Position numbers and translations under genes: made by a program | From: Microcoleaceae cyanobacterium | GTDB lineage: Bacteria > Cyanobacteriota > Cyanobacteriia > Cyanobacteriales > Microcoleaceae | Direction of reading: 5' to 3' | DNA length: 21,340 nt | NCBI GenBank assembly: GCA_051652765.1 | Contig: JBOFUV010000078.1 | Coordinates: 1 to 21,340, forward strand | The notes under the pieces: model-generated | The model's input: the letters and a program-made list of their open reading frames with translations, nothing else | Database searches by the model: none | What the model was told of the DNA's origin: nothing | Part shown: piece after piece, positions 1 to 8,887 of the stretch | How the letters are laid out: every line of letters begins with the position of its first letter | Position numbering within the stretch: position 1 is the stretch's first letter

Positions 1-203
1 AAGGCAAAGTTGAGGAGGGTTTAGCGACAGGGGAAACAGCCTTGAAGATCGATGGTCGCTATGCCGACGTTGATTTTCTCAAGGAAAATCTTTGGGGCGA
101 TCGCCTGATTGGTGACACTGCAAGGTTTCTGGCAACACCTCGAATGAAAGAAACTATCGCCCAGCTCGCTGAAACAACTCCACCGACGACCCCTACTCCC
201 TGA
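1..203 (+). CDS. 3' end of a conserved cyanobacterial protein, probably TPR-containing (partial, start lies outside the window)
   Basis: Not in the ORF track. Frame +3 is open from nt 3 to TGA at 201-203 and reads GKVEEGLATGETALKIDGRYADVDFLKENLWGDRLIGDTARFLATPRMKETIAQLAETTPPTTPTP*. The helical 'ETALKIDGRY...FLKENLWGDRL' segment resembles, from recall, the C-terminus of cyanobacterial TPR proteins. It contains a HIP1 site at 97-104. Confidence 0.7.
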   Translation, partial: GKVEEGLATGETALKIDGRYADVDFLKENLWGDRLIGDTARFLATPRMKETIAQLAETTPPTTPTP

Positions 204-266
204 TGAAACCGATCCAGGTTTCCGGCTCAACCCTAGCAGACGCGAGCAGGCTCACCCGATTAACTC

Positions 267-331
267 AGGTTCCTAGATTAGGTTCCTAGGGATGAATGCA
301 TAAACAATGAATGTATAAACAATGCATAAAC
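267..331. repeat. Short direct repeats: AGGTTCCTAG x2, then ATGAATGYATAAACA x2 plus a partial copy
   Basis: AGGTTCCTAG at 267-276 and 280-289; ATGAATGCATAAACA 292-306; ATGAATGTATAAACA 307-321; ATGCATAAAC 322-331. Confidence 0.85.
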
Positions 332-420
332 CCTGAAAAGCTTCCTTTGTAAAAGACAAGGGAGCAACACAGCTCGTATTGGCTTCCGGCAAAATACTGA
401 GTTTGTTGGGAGGATCTCTG

Positions 421-825
421 ATGAATATTAAGACACTCCGAAATCTAGTGCTTGAATCAATTGGGCTAATGGGTTTGTCTTTACTTTGCCATCGTGTTGC
501 CCTGACTCAAGCCAATGTTGACCCTAGTGCCGGTCAAGGTGATCGCCAAGCTTGGTGTCGTGATCAGGGCGGGACATGGATCAATCAAAAAATGAATCCG
601 AGTTGCCAATGGGCAAACCTCAGTCTACCTCCTCAACAAGAAATACAATTAGGGCAAGCCTGTAGCGACCAGAACGGAATTTGGCAAACCCTAGTGGAAG
701 AAGTCTACACTCCTCAATGTAGTGGAGATGTCTGTCTGCCCATGTATGACCCCCTTGCTGCGGACTATGTTGAGAAGGGCATAACCTGTATTTGGTATTC
801 GGACATTGAGCCCGTTGGTAGATAA
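421..825 (+). CDS. Hypothetical secreted cysteine-rich protein
   Basis: ORF track gives 379..825, but ATG 421 follows a GGAGGA RBS. The N-terminus is signal-peptide-like (MNIKTLRNLVLESIGLMGLSLLCHRVALTQA). The mature part has 6 Cys and two CxDQxGxW motifs. Confidence 0.7.
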   Translation: MNIKTLRNLVLESIGLMGLSLLCHRVALTQANVDPSAGQGDRQAWCRDQGGTWINQKMNPSCQWANLSLPPQQEIQLGQACSDQNGIWQTLVEEVYTPQCSGDVCLPMYDPLAADYVEKGITCIWYSDIEPVGR

Positions 826-845
826 GACGCTGGAACCGAACTGCA

Positions 846-1532
846 TTAAACCTGGAACCGATCCTTGAGGATAAACTCTGCAACCTTGAGATCAACCGGC
901 GTTGTCACCTTGAGATTGGTCTCTTCTCCCTGAACAATCTGTACAGGCAAGTTACACTTTTCAAACAAAGCTGCATCATCCGTTACTTCCCAACCCTGGT
1001 ATAAACCCTGTTCATGGCAGTGTTTGAGTAACTTCACCTCAAACCCTTGAGGGGTTTGGGCTGCCCACAATTGACTGCGGTCAGGAGTATTTTGAATCAG
1101 ACCCTGAGCACCTACCACCTTAATCGTATCTTTGACTGGAACTGCCGCAATCAATCCTGAACACGTTGACAAAAAATCAGTGCAGCGATTGAACAATTCT
1201 GGTGTGACCAAACATCTAGCGCCATCGTGAACGAGCACCCGTTCGGCCTCGGGTGGCAGGGCACACAACCCGTTGTAAACTGACTGCTGACGAGTGTCTC
1301 CCCCCTGAATAATCTGCACCGGGGTTTTCAGGGCAAGGTCAATTAAGATCGTCTCAAAATCCGGAAAGTCCACAGGCTGCCCAATAATACCAATCCAGCG
1401 AATCGCCGCAGCACTCTCGGCGGCCAGCAACGTCCAAGCCAGTAACGGTTGATCCAACACTTTGAGTAACAGCTTATTGCGCTGACTCCCCATGCGTCGT
1501 CCTGAACCTGCGGCTGGAATTAATAAATACAT
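846..1532 (-). CDS. ispD: 2-C-methyl-D-erythritol 4-phosphate cytidylyltransferase
   Basis: IspD signature motifs: IPAAGSGRRMG, GGDTRQQSV, VLVHDGAR, DTIK, AQTPQGF, TDDA, NLKVTTPVDL. Confidence 0.97.
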   Translation of the reverse strand: MYLLIPAAGSGRRMGSQRNKLLLKVLDQPLLAWTLLAAESAAAIRWIGIIGQPVDFPDFETILIDLALKTPVQIIQGGDTRQQSVYNGLCALPPEAERVLVHDGARCLVTPELFNRCTDFLSTCSGLIAAVPVKDTIKVVGAQGLIQNTPDRSQLWAAQTPQGFEVKLLKHCHEQGLYQGWEVTDDAALFEKCNLPVQIVQGEETNLKVTTPVDLKVAEFILKDRFQV

Positions 1533-1612
1533 CTTGAGATTTTGAGTATGGAAGCGAGTCTTCTATTAAATTCTATTAGAATGGAGCCGATCAGTAGATT
1601 AACCCCTTAAAG

Positions 1613-2575
1613 ATGAAAATACTAGCTCTTGTTCCCGGTGGAATCGGTGATCAGATTCTATTCTTTCCAACTCTAGATGATTTGAAGCAAACCTGTCCCC
1701 CTGCCAAAATCTCTGTGATCACTGAACCCAGGTCGAAGGGAGCCTACCGAGTTTGCAAATCGGTTTCGGAGGTACTGACCTATGATTTTAAAGATCGCAA
1801 CGGCTTAGCAGACTTTGCCAATATTTTAGAAATCATTCGCGATCGCGAATATGATGTGGTACTTTCCCTGGGACAGCGCTGGACAGTGGGGTTTGCCCTT
1901 TGGCTGACGGGAATTCCGACCCGAGTGGGCTACATGGGCAGTGCAGGGGCTCGATTCCTCACCCATCCCGTTCCCCTAAAAACAGAGCAATATGCCGCTG
2001 AAATGTATCATGACTTGCTGCAGGGGTTGGGAATCAACCTACCATTTTCAGGGTTAGCCGTTAATGTCCCAAAACTAGACCTGGATTGGGCCGACACAGA
2101 ACAGCAGCGTTTAGGAGTCAAGGAAAGCGGATACGTCTTAATTCACGGCGGATCAAGTCAACTCGCGCAAACCAAGGGGATTGATAAAATTTATCCTGCG
2201 GAGCAATGGCAACAGATTATTCAAGAGTTGCAACAGCGCCAGCCTAACCTTCCAGTCGTGGTTGTCAATGGGCCAGAAGATACTGCCTTTGTGAGTGGAC
2301 TCTTGCAGCACTGCCCTAATCTCAAAGTCACGACCCCGGAGGATATCGGCAAGTTAGCTGCTATGATCGCAGCCGCAAATTTGATGATTTGTACCGATAG
2401 TGCGCCGATGCATCTCGCCGTTGCTGTTGGAACTTATACGATTGCCCTATTTGGCCCCACTGACCCAGTCAAGTTATTACCGAAGAGCGATCGCCTGATT
2501 GGCATCAAGTCCCCCACCGAAAATATGGCAGATATTTCACCCAATGAAGTCTTGAAGAAAGTTTGGGGAGGCTAG
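1613..2575 (+). CDS. Glycosyltransferase family 9 (ADP-heptose:LPS heptosyltransferase-like)
   Basis: N-terminal GGIGDQIL motif and C-terminal CTDSAPMHLAVAVGTYTIALFGPT motif, typical of GT9/RfaF-like proteins. Divergent from ispD. Confidence 0.9.
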   Translation: MKILALVPGGIGDQILFFPTLDDLKQTCPPAKISVITEPRSKGAYRVCKSVSEVLTYDFKDRNGLADFANILEIIRDREYDVVLSLGQRWTVGFALWLTGIPTRVGYMGSAGARFLTHPVPLKTEQYAAEMYHDLLQGLGINLPFSGLAVNVPKLDLDWADTEQQRLGVKESGYVLIHGGSSQLAQTKGIDKIYPAEQWQQIIQELQQRQPNLPVVVVNGPEDTAFVSGLLQHCPNLKVTTPEDIGKLAAMIAAANLMICTDSAPMHLAVAVGTYTIALFGPTDPVKLLPKSDRLIGIKSPTENMADISPNEVLKKVWGG

Positions 2576-2587
2576 ATCAAAAAATCC

Positions 2588-2616
2588 TGTAGAGACGTTT
2601 GATTAACGTCTCTACA
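2588..2616. repeat. Perfect 12-bp inverted repeat beginning with GTAG (REP-like cyanobacterial dispersed repeat, possible bidirectional terminator)
   Basis: TGTAGAGACGTT-TGATT-AACGTCTCTACA, located between the convergent GT9 and prs genes. Confidence 0.8.
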
Positions 2617-2675
2617 AAGCGTTCATTAACAGCGTTAATCAAATGTCAAGAAAACGTTCAGCGCAAAGTAGCTCA

Positions 2676-3674
2676 CTATCGGAACATGATACTGACCGAA
2701 CTATCTTCATGGATTCGCCAAATTGTTTCACCTAAAAGATTTGCAACTGACAACATGGTGAGTTGAGCAAATCGTTTGTCTTCTAGGACGGGAATTGTGT
2801 TAGTGACAATGACCTCTTCAAACAACCCTGTTTCAGACAATCGCTCAGCAGCAGGGGACGAAAACACAGGATGGGTTGCACAGGCATACACCTGACTTGC
2901 TCCCTTTTCTCGGAGCAATTTTGCGCCTTCAGTGATTGTGCCAGCAGTGTCGATCATATCATCGACTAATACGGCAACCTTACCCTCAACATCCCCAATG
3001 ACATTTAAAACCTCTGCCACGTTGTGAGCCTGACGACGCTTGTCAATAATTGCCAGAGGAGCATCATCTAGCTTCTTGGCAAACGCCCGCGCCCGCGCCA
3101 CCCCTCCCACATCTGGGGAAACGACAACAATGTCTGAGAGTTGCTTCCCGAGCAGATAATCTAGGATCACAGGAGAACCGTATACATGGTCAAACGGGAT
3201 GTCAAAATACCCCTGAATTTGGGCAGAATGCAAATCCATTGCTAAGATTCGACTGGCTCCAGCTTCAGTGATCAGGTTTGCAACCAACTTTGCTGTAATT
3301 GATTCTCGGCCTGCCGTTTTGCGATCTGCCCTAGCATAACCATAGTAAGGAATTACGGCAGTAATTTGCCTCGCCGATGCCCGCCGACAGGCATCGATCA
3401 TAATCAGTAATTCCATCAAGTTGTCATTGACTGGACAGCAACAAGGTTGAATGAGATAAACATCACAGCCTCGGATAGATTCTTGAATTTGAATATACAA
3501 TTCCCCGTCCGCAAATCGCTTACGAACCATTGGGCCTAAGTCAATCCCTAGATATCGACTGACTTCTATTGCCAGGGGAACATTCGCAGATCCTGAAAAG
3601 AGTCGGAGTCGGTGATGATCTGTTGGTGATTCAGCGCTCGGAAGAGGTAGAGTAGCAGATTGGATCACGGCCAT
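2676..3674 (-). CDS. prs: Ribose-phosphate pyrophosphokinase (PRPP synthetase)
   Basis: Motifs FADGE, YYGYARADRK, MDLHSAQIQGYF, VSPDVGGVARAR and the PRPP-binding loop VLVDDMIDTAGT. Confidence 0.98.
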   Translation of the reverse strand: MAVIQSATLPLPSAESPTDHHRLRLFSGSANVPLAIEVSRYLGIDLGPMVRKRFADGELYIQIQESIRGCDVYLIQPCCCPVNDNLMELLIMIDACRRASARQITAVIPYYGYARADRKTAGRESITAKLVANLITEAGASRILAMDLHSAQIQGYFDIPFDHVYGSPVILDYLLGKQLSDIVVVSPDVGGVARARAFAKKLDDAPLAIIDKRRQAHNVAEVLNVIGDVEGKVAVLVDDMIDTAGTITEGAKLLREKGASQVYACATHPVFSSPAAERLSETGLFEEVIVTNTIPVLEDKRFAQLTMLSVANLLGETIWRIHEDSSVSIMFR

Positions 3675-3964
3675 GCCTCGCAGTTCAATTCATGGCAATC
3701 TTAGCATTCACCCTCGAGTGATATTAAGAGTCAGAGATTATAACAATCCAAAGTGATCAGTAAAGTGGAGTGAAGGAGCGTTTTCCTGGCTGGGGAACTT
3801 TAGCCCCGAAACCCTGTTCAGTTTTCTCAGGATTGATTTAGGATTGCCATAGCAGTCTGATTTAAAGGATGAACGTGGAGCGGGATCTGGCACGCGCAGA
3901 CTGGAAAATTACTCCAAGGGCATATCATAAACTATTGTTGCAATTTTATCCGTTTAGAATCTGG

Positions 3965-4002
3965 GTTGAGTGTTTAAGATTTTGTTGAGTGTTTAAGATT
4001 TT
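3965..4002. repeat. Perfect 19-bp tandem duplication upstream of the YqeY gene
   Basis: GTTGAGTGTTTAAGATTTT at 3965-3983 and 3984-4002. Confidence 0.9.
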
Positions 4003-4030
4003 ACTGAATACGAGTTTGAGGACAGAGCCA

Positions 4031-4486
4031 ATGAGTTTAAAAGATCGCATTACAGAAGATATCAAGGCCGCGATGAAAGCAAAGGACAAGGTGCGACTAG
4101 AAACCGTTCGCAGCATTAAGAAAGTGATCCTGGAAAAAGAATCCACGGTTCGAGGGGAAGGACAGGAAGTCTTGACCCCCGAGCAAGAACTCGAAGTCCT
4201 GACTCAGCAGGCCAAACAACGACGTGACTCCATTGAGCAGTATCGCCAGGTAGGACGGGAGGATCTGGCTGAAAACGAGGCCGCAGAGTTGACCATCATT
4301 GAGGAGTATCTGCCCAAGCAACTCTCTGACGCAGAAATTGCCGCCGTAATTGATGAGATGATTGTTGAAGTGGGAGCAAGTTCGGCAAAAGATATGGGGA
4401 AAGTCATGGGGCCTGCGATGCAGCGGTTGAAGGGTCAAGCCGATGGTAAGAAGGTTCAAGATATTGTTAAATCCAAGCTTCCTTAG
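4031..4486 (+). CDS. GatB/YqeY domain-containing protein
   Basis: MSLKDRITEDIKAAMKAKDK...KQRRDSIEQY...EEYLPKQLS...KDMGKVMG...ADGK is the YqeY pattern. ATG 4031 follows GAGGA and is preferred over GTG 3989. Confidence 0.93.
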   Translation: MSLKDRITEDIKAAMKAKDKVRLETVRSIKKVILEKESTVRGEGQEVLTPEQELEVLTQQAKQRRDSIEQYRQVGREDLAENEAAELTIIEEYLPKQLSDAEIAAVIDEMIVEVGASSAKDMGKVMGPAMQRLKGQADGKKVQDIVKSKLP

Positions 4487-4768
4487 AAGTCTGATGGTGA
4501 TCAGTCAGCACCGCATTTCAACTTGAATTTTGCTTATCACCTTAGCAATACCCTAGTAGACTTGTACTGATAACACTAATTGCAGTTAACGAAATTCGGG
4601 AAAAACTTGCTGAAGTTCTATAGAAGGAGTGAATCTTTGTATAAGAAAATTCTGATCTGAAAGAGTTCTGATGATCAAGCTACTGATCATCAGTCACGTT
4701 CAAACGTTTATCGATGCTTTGTTTTCTTGACCTTGTTTCTGGCTCTTCTATTCTGCTTCAAGCACACT

Positions 4769-6688
4769 ATGCAACCTGCTATTCCGCTCGGAACTGTTCT
4801 GCAACGCCGCTATCGCTTGATTGATCTCTTGGGTCAAGGGGGATTTGGTCGTACCTATCTAGCTGAGGACTTAGGGCGCTTTAACGAACGCTGTGCCCTG
4901 AAAGAATTTATTCCCCCTGAGACTGGAAACTGTCCCTTTGAGAAATCTCAAGAACTCTTCCAGCGAGAAGCCCAAGTCCTGTATCAAATTTGCCACCCGC
5001 AGATTCCTCAGTTTTGTGCCGTGTTTGAGGATGGTCATCGCCTGTTTCTGGTGCAGGACTACGTGGAAGGAAAGACGTATCACAAACTCCTGAACGAACG
5101 CCGCACCTCTACGAGCGAGCCAAAAGCTTTTTCTGAGGTCGAGGTACTGTTGTTTCTGAAGCAGATGTTGCCTGTGCTGGCTTATATTCACAGTTTAAGA
5201 ATCATCCATCGAGACATTTCTCCAGATAACATCATTCTGCGTCAACGGGATCAACTGCCTGTGTTGATTGACTTTGGCGTTGTGAATGAGGTAGTGACTC
5301 AGGTTCGATCTCAGAACCTGACGTTACCCCCCGCCACTCGAGTTGGGAAAGTCGGCTATGCTCCCGTTGAACAGTTGCAAATGGGACGGGTTTCTCCCAG
5401 CAGTGATCTTTATGCCCTTGCCGTTACCGCCATTGTTTTGCTGACCGGTCAGGAGCCTCAACAACTGATGGATCAGACTACCTTGACTTGGAACTGGCAA
5501 CAGGGGGTGAATGTTAGTCCTGAGCTTGCCTACATTTTGAACCGGATGTTGAGTCGGCAACCGGGCGATCGCTATCAATCTGCCGCCGAAATTGAACAGG
5601 CATTGGCAAATTCCACATCAGCCAAAGCCCAGCCCACTCAACCGGTTCCCTTGAGTCTGTCTGAGATGAAAACAGTTGCAGTAGGACGACCGGCCCTAAA
5701 TGTCAATTCCCCTCAGCAACCTGCTCCCCGAGCCTCTGGTGGCCTGGGAAAATCTCTCTGGGAAAATCCCCTAGCAGCAATCACCTCTGGCATCGTGATT
5801 GCTCTCCTTACCCTTTGGGGATCGTGGGTATTGCTCAGTGCTTTGCTGGATTCCACCGGCAATAAACCTCGCCCCACACCAACAGCCAAGCTAAATCCTG
5901 AGCCCACCCTAAAACCCCTACCTGAGCCCACCCCTGAACCTACGCCGACTCCTACCCCTGAGTTCTCACCGACTCCAGTTCCTCCTCCTGTTTCAGAACC
6001 TCCCTCCGTACCAAAGGTTCTGACCCGTCGTCTCAACGTGATTCCCGGAGAACCCACTGCGATCGAAGGCTATCTCCAATCCAATGGAACCGTTAACTAT
6101 TTACTGTCTGTTGCCAAGGGACAACAGCTCTATACATTTGTTTCTGGGGATGGAGTGCTGCTAACCTTATTAGATCCTCGCCAAAATCCAGTTGATAGCC
6201 GCGCTGAGGGGGTTTCCTTCTGGCAGGGGACTTTACTCACAGATGGGGATCATACGGTTCAGCTCAGAACCTTACCCGGTTTAGCAGAAAGCAACTACAC
6301 CCTCGAAATTCAGCTTGTAGATTCCCTACCCCCAATTACGCCCGAACCAACACCCGAACCAACACCCGAGCCAACTGTTGAACCTGAACCGGCCCCAGAC
6401 CCTGAAGAGCCAATCCCGACTCCAAACCCAGAGCCCGAACCAACGCCCGAACCAACCGTTGAACCTGAACCGACCCCAGACCCCAAGCCCGAAACTCCCC
6501 CCGAAGTTCAGCCCATTCCTGAGCCAAACCCTGCTCCCAGCCCAACCCCAACTGCAAACCCGAGTGACTCCTCAAAATCTAGCCCCAAGCAGCCTACTTT
6601 TTTCCCAGAGAGTAATGGCAACAAAGAGGAGGCAACACTTGGCAATCTCAATCGCCATACGTCCCGTAAGGGTTTGAGTCATGCGTGA
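4769..6688 (+). CDS. Membrane-anchored Hanks-type Ser/Thr protein kinase with Pro/Thr/Glu-rich linkers and a PPC-like extracytoplasmic beta domain
   Basis: Kinase motifs LGQGGFG, ALKE, HRDISPDN, IDFG and GYAPVEQ. One hydrophobic TM segment (LAAITSGIVIALLTLWGSWVLLSALL). PEPT-rich tracts flank a ~100-aa beta-rich domain. ATG 4769 is preferred over TTG 4727. Confidence 0.93.
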   Translation: MQPAIPLGTVLQRRYRLIDLLGQGGFGRTYLAEDLGRFNERCALKEFIPPETGNCPFEKSQELFQREAQVLYQICHPQIPQFCAVFEDGHRLFLVQDYVEGKTYHKLLNERRTSTSEPKAFSEVEVLLFLKQMLPVLAYIHSLRIIHRDISPDNIILRQRDQLPVLIDFGVVNEVVTQVRSQNLTLPPATRVGKVGYAPVEQLQMGRVSPSSDLYALAVTAIVLLTGQEPQQLMDQTTLTWNWQQGVNVSPELAYILNRMLSRQPGDRYQSAAEIEQALANSTSAKAQPTQPVPLSLSEMKTVAVGRPALNVNSPQQPAPRASGGLGKSLWENPLAAITSGIVIALLTLWGSWVLLSALLDSTGNKPRPTPTAKLNPEPTLKPLPEPTPEPTPTPTPEFSPTPVPPPVSEPPSVPKVLTRRLNVIPGEPTAIEGYLQSNGTVNYLLSVAKGQQLYTFVSGDGVLLTLLDPRQNPVDSRAEGVSFWQGTLLTDGDHTVQLRTLPGLAESNYTLEIQLVDSLPPITPEPTPEPTPEPTVEPEPAPDPEEPIPTPNPEPEPTPEPTVEPEPTPDPKPETPPEVQPIPEPNPAPSPTPTANPSDSSKSSPKQPTFFPESNGNKEEATLGNLNRHTSRKGLSHA

Positions 6689-6695
6689 GTTATGG

Positions 6696-6737
6696 CTGAA
6701 TCTTAATAACTGAATCTCAATAACTGAATCTTAATAG
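6696..6737. repeat. 14-bp tandem repeat x3 between convergent genes
   Basis: CTGAATCTTAATAA 6696-6709; CTGAATCTCAATAA 6710-6723; CTGAATCTTAATAG 6724-6737. Confidence 0.9.
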
Positions 6738-6741
6738 ATTG

Positions 6742-7767
6742 CTAAGGTTGATAAATTCTTCCCACAGAATGATCCGCGTTAATCTCAACCACTAGATCAA
6801 CTAGATTTGGGTTTTGAAGTAAAGGTTTGATCAATAATTCTGGATGTAAAGCTTTCCAGAAATAATCTACAAATTGTTCGACTTCTGCATCGCTCATGCC
6901 GGATTTGCCCTGAGCAATCATATTGTGTTCAGCCTGTTTACGCCACTGTTTAGATAATTTATAATCCACTGGCTTCAACACCATTAGCCGATCTAAACGT
7001 TCCCAAAGTGGCACGTAATCTTGTAATTTTCGGTTCATGTCTTGGGCAAATTGTCGATCTTCAGTCGTTATAATGGGTTCTGGCGCAGTCTCAAATACTA
7101 CGGGATTAACAGGCCGACATCCAACAAACCACCCTTCAAACAGCACAATATCAACTTCTGTCACTGACTTGGGTGCAATGCGATCGCCCATACCTTGCCA
7201 AAGAGATTTATCAAACTGAGGCACTGAAATTAACTGGCTCGGTTGAGGGTGGCGCAGTTGATCTAAAACTTGAAGGCCAATTTTAACATCGTGGGTTCCG
7301 GGTGGCCCGCGCCAGATCAACCGGGGGTCAACTTGGCGAAGCTGTTCCCGATCTGCATAACTTTTATAGAGATCGTCTAGGGACAGACTCAGGGTGCGAT
7401 ACCCCTGAAGGTTTAGGAGTTGAGTTAAGGCGGCCCCTAAGGTCGTTTTTCCAGTGCCTTGACCTCCGAGAATGCCTTGAACAGTCGGACGACCCAGGGA
7501 TTGATGCTGGGCGATCAGTTGCAAAGTAAGGGGGAGCCAGAGTTGCCAGAGTAACGTCTCCCAGCCTGGAATTTGCGGGAGGGATTCTTTGTGCTGGCAG
7601 ACTGAGCAGAACAAACGAGCTCGCTCTTGAATGTGCCCGACAACGGTTTCGGGGGTAACCCCAAAGGCAGCAGCCCTTTTGGAGTCTGCAAGTTCTAGAT
7701 GAGTCAAAACCTGCAATTCCTCAGCTTGAGGCTCTGCACCGATTGCCCAAGCCTTGAGACTATCCAT
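6742..7767 (-). CDS. D-glycerate 3-kinase, plant-type (GLYK-like)
   Basis: P-loop GGQGTGKTT, SLDDLY, RGPPGTHD, FDKS, FEGWFVG and WRKQAEH match class III (plant/cyanobacterial) glycerate kinases. Confidence 0.85.
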   Translation of the reverse strand: MDSLKAWAIGAEPQAEELQVLTHLELADSKRAAAFGVTPETVVGHIQERARLFCSVCQHKESLPQIPGWETLLWQLWLPLTLQLIAQHQSLGRPTVQGILGGQGTGKTTLGAALTQLLNLQGYRTLSLSLDDLYKSYADREQLRQVDPRLIWRGPPGTHDVKIGLQVLDQLRHPQPSQLISVPQFDKSLWQGMGDRIAPKSVTEVDIVLFEGWFVGCRPVNPVVFETAPEPIITTEDRQFAQDMNRKLQDYVPLWERLDRLMVLKPVDYKLSKQWRKQAEHNMIAQGKSGMSDAEVEQFVDYFWKALHPELLIKPLLQNPNLVDLVVEINADHSVGRIYQP

Positions 7768-7803
7768 GCTTAAGGAATTCCTTAATTTTTTCCTGAATTG
7801 TCG

Positions 7804-8136
7804 TTACGATCCTACTATAAATGCTAATAGGTATAAGCTGTAAACAACGCCAATTTTGAGCGAGTTCACCATTTCTAACCAGAGAGGTTGTTGGCCTTGG
7901 GGCTTTAGACGGTAAGTTAGCCAGCTAACCAATTCGGTTGTGAGGACTAGGAAGGTGGCCACAGCAATATCCCATCTTGACTGTTGTCCAGAGACAGAGG
8001 CGATTGCAACCCCAAGAAAATTACCAAACAACAGGCTAAGTATAGTTAAAGAGATTCGTCGCCAGGGATTTTGAAACCACTGTCCAAGACGATTTCCTGT
8101 AACACTAGCTAACTGGTTGAGACGAGTGCTTTGCAT
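7804..8136 (-). CDS. ycf20: Ycf20 / DUF565 family membrane protein
   Basis: MQSTRL...NPWRRISL...LLFGNFLG...LKIGVVYSLYLLAFIVGS; 110 aa with about 3 TM helices and the family's terminal 'GS'. Confidence 0.88.
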   Translation of the reverse strand: MQSTRLNQLASVTGNRLGQWFQNPWRRISLTILSLLFGNFLGVAIASVSGQQSRWDIAVATFLVLTTELVSWLTYRLKPQGQQPLWLEMVNSLKIGVVYSLYLLAFIVGS

Positions 8137-8182
8137 AGGTTCAGAGATTGATGGGTGTTCTTATCCAGTATCGAGATATGAG

Positions 8183-8773
8183 ATGATTAAGCTCAAACTT
8201 TACCCAACGGCTTGGATTGCTGGGCTTGTCCTGGTAGCTAGTGTAGCGTTGAAATCCCTATGGTTAATATCGAGTTCCAATTCGGTTCCCCAAAGAGAAA
8301 TCGTTGAATCTACGGAACCGTTAGACTCTAATTTGTCTGATCTGCCTATGGGTGCAGTAACGATCTCTGAGTCTGAGTCTCAGGTTGTCTCTCAAGCTGA
8401 GTCTCAATCACCCACTCGATCGTCGTCTCCTTCTCCTTCTCCCAGTCTGAATCCTATCCAATTGAATACTCCAGGAAGCGTTCGGGTGGGCAACCAAACC
8501 CAACATCCAGTCCGAGTTGTGCTCAAGCGTCGTTCAGCGTCTGGCTCAAGTGCTCAACCGATTCACTGGGATTTTGCGCCCCAGGAAGGCAGTGTCAAGG
8601 GGCTGACTCTGGCTCTCCCAGATGAGGGTTTGACTCTAGTCCCTGGAGATGTCTTAGTTGTCTTTGCTCAAGATGGTTCTCGACGCTACTGGGGGCCATA
8701 TATTGTCGATGAAACCGCTTTACCCGAGTGGAGTAAGACGGATCAAGCGTGGCAGTTAACCGTGCAACCTTAA
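8183..8773 (+). CDS. Hypothetical protein (N-terminal membrane anchor, Ser/Pro-rich linker, C-terminal beta-rich domain)
   Basis: ORF track gives 8117..8773; ATG 8183 avoids overlapping ycf20. The C-terminal motifs 'RVGNQTQHPVRVVL...HWDFAPQEGS...PGDVLVVFAQDGSRRYWGPY' look like a conserved cyanobacterial domain (recall only). Confidence 0.75.
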   Translation: MIKLKLYPTAWIAGLVLVASVALKSLWLISSSNSVPQREIVESTEPLDSNLSDLPMGAVTISESESQVVSQAESQSPTRSSSPSPSPSLNPIQLNTPGSVRVGNQTQHPVRVVLKRRSASGSSAQPIHWDFAPQEGSVKGLTLALPDEGLTLVPGDVLVVFAQDGSRRYWGPYIVDETALPEWSKTDQAWQLTVQP

Positions 8774-8806
8774 GCTGTACGATCCTAAGCTGTCCAACCC
8801 TAAATC
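8766..8806. repeat. Degenerate 15-bp-period tandem repeat spanning a stop codon
   Basis: AACCTTAAGCTGTAC / GATCCTAAGCTGTCC / AACCCTAAATC. Confidence 0.5.
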
Positions 8807-8887
8807 GCCAGACCAGACATTAAGGTGTACAGTCGTGAATGGGCTAATTAATCTCGATCAACGGCCCATTTAGCGTATTTAAGTCTA

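Noticed and set aside
21..230. 69-aa minus-strand ORF
   Set aside because: It is antisense to a more protein-like open frame on the + strand (3..203).
207..864. AACCGATCC at 207-215 and 856-864, and CTGGAACCGA at 830-839 and 852-861, as possible insertion scars around the Cys-rich gene
   Set aside because: The matches are only 9-10 bp, with no transposase or terminal inverted repeats, and cannot be distinguished from chance or local duplication.
2676..3674. prs as part of the nucleoside salvage module (ribose-5-P to PRPP)
   Set aside because: It is metabolically connected, but it is a housekeeping gene 9 kb away and separated by unrelated genes.
620..7529. Shadow ORFs 620-895, 3050-3271, 3946-4146, 4097-4459, 4204-4407, 4871-5191, 5324-5578, 5713-6057, 6336-6575, 6378-6677, 7037-7219, 7302-7529
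   Set aside because: All overlap better-supported genes, antisense or off-frame. The Gly/Val-rich ones are just the reverse complement of the kinase Pro/Thr repeats.
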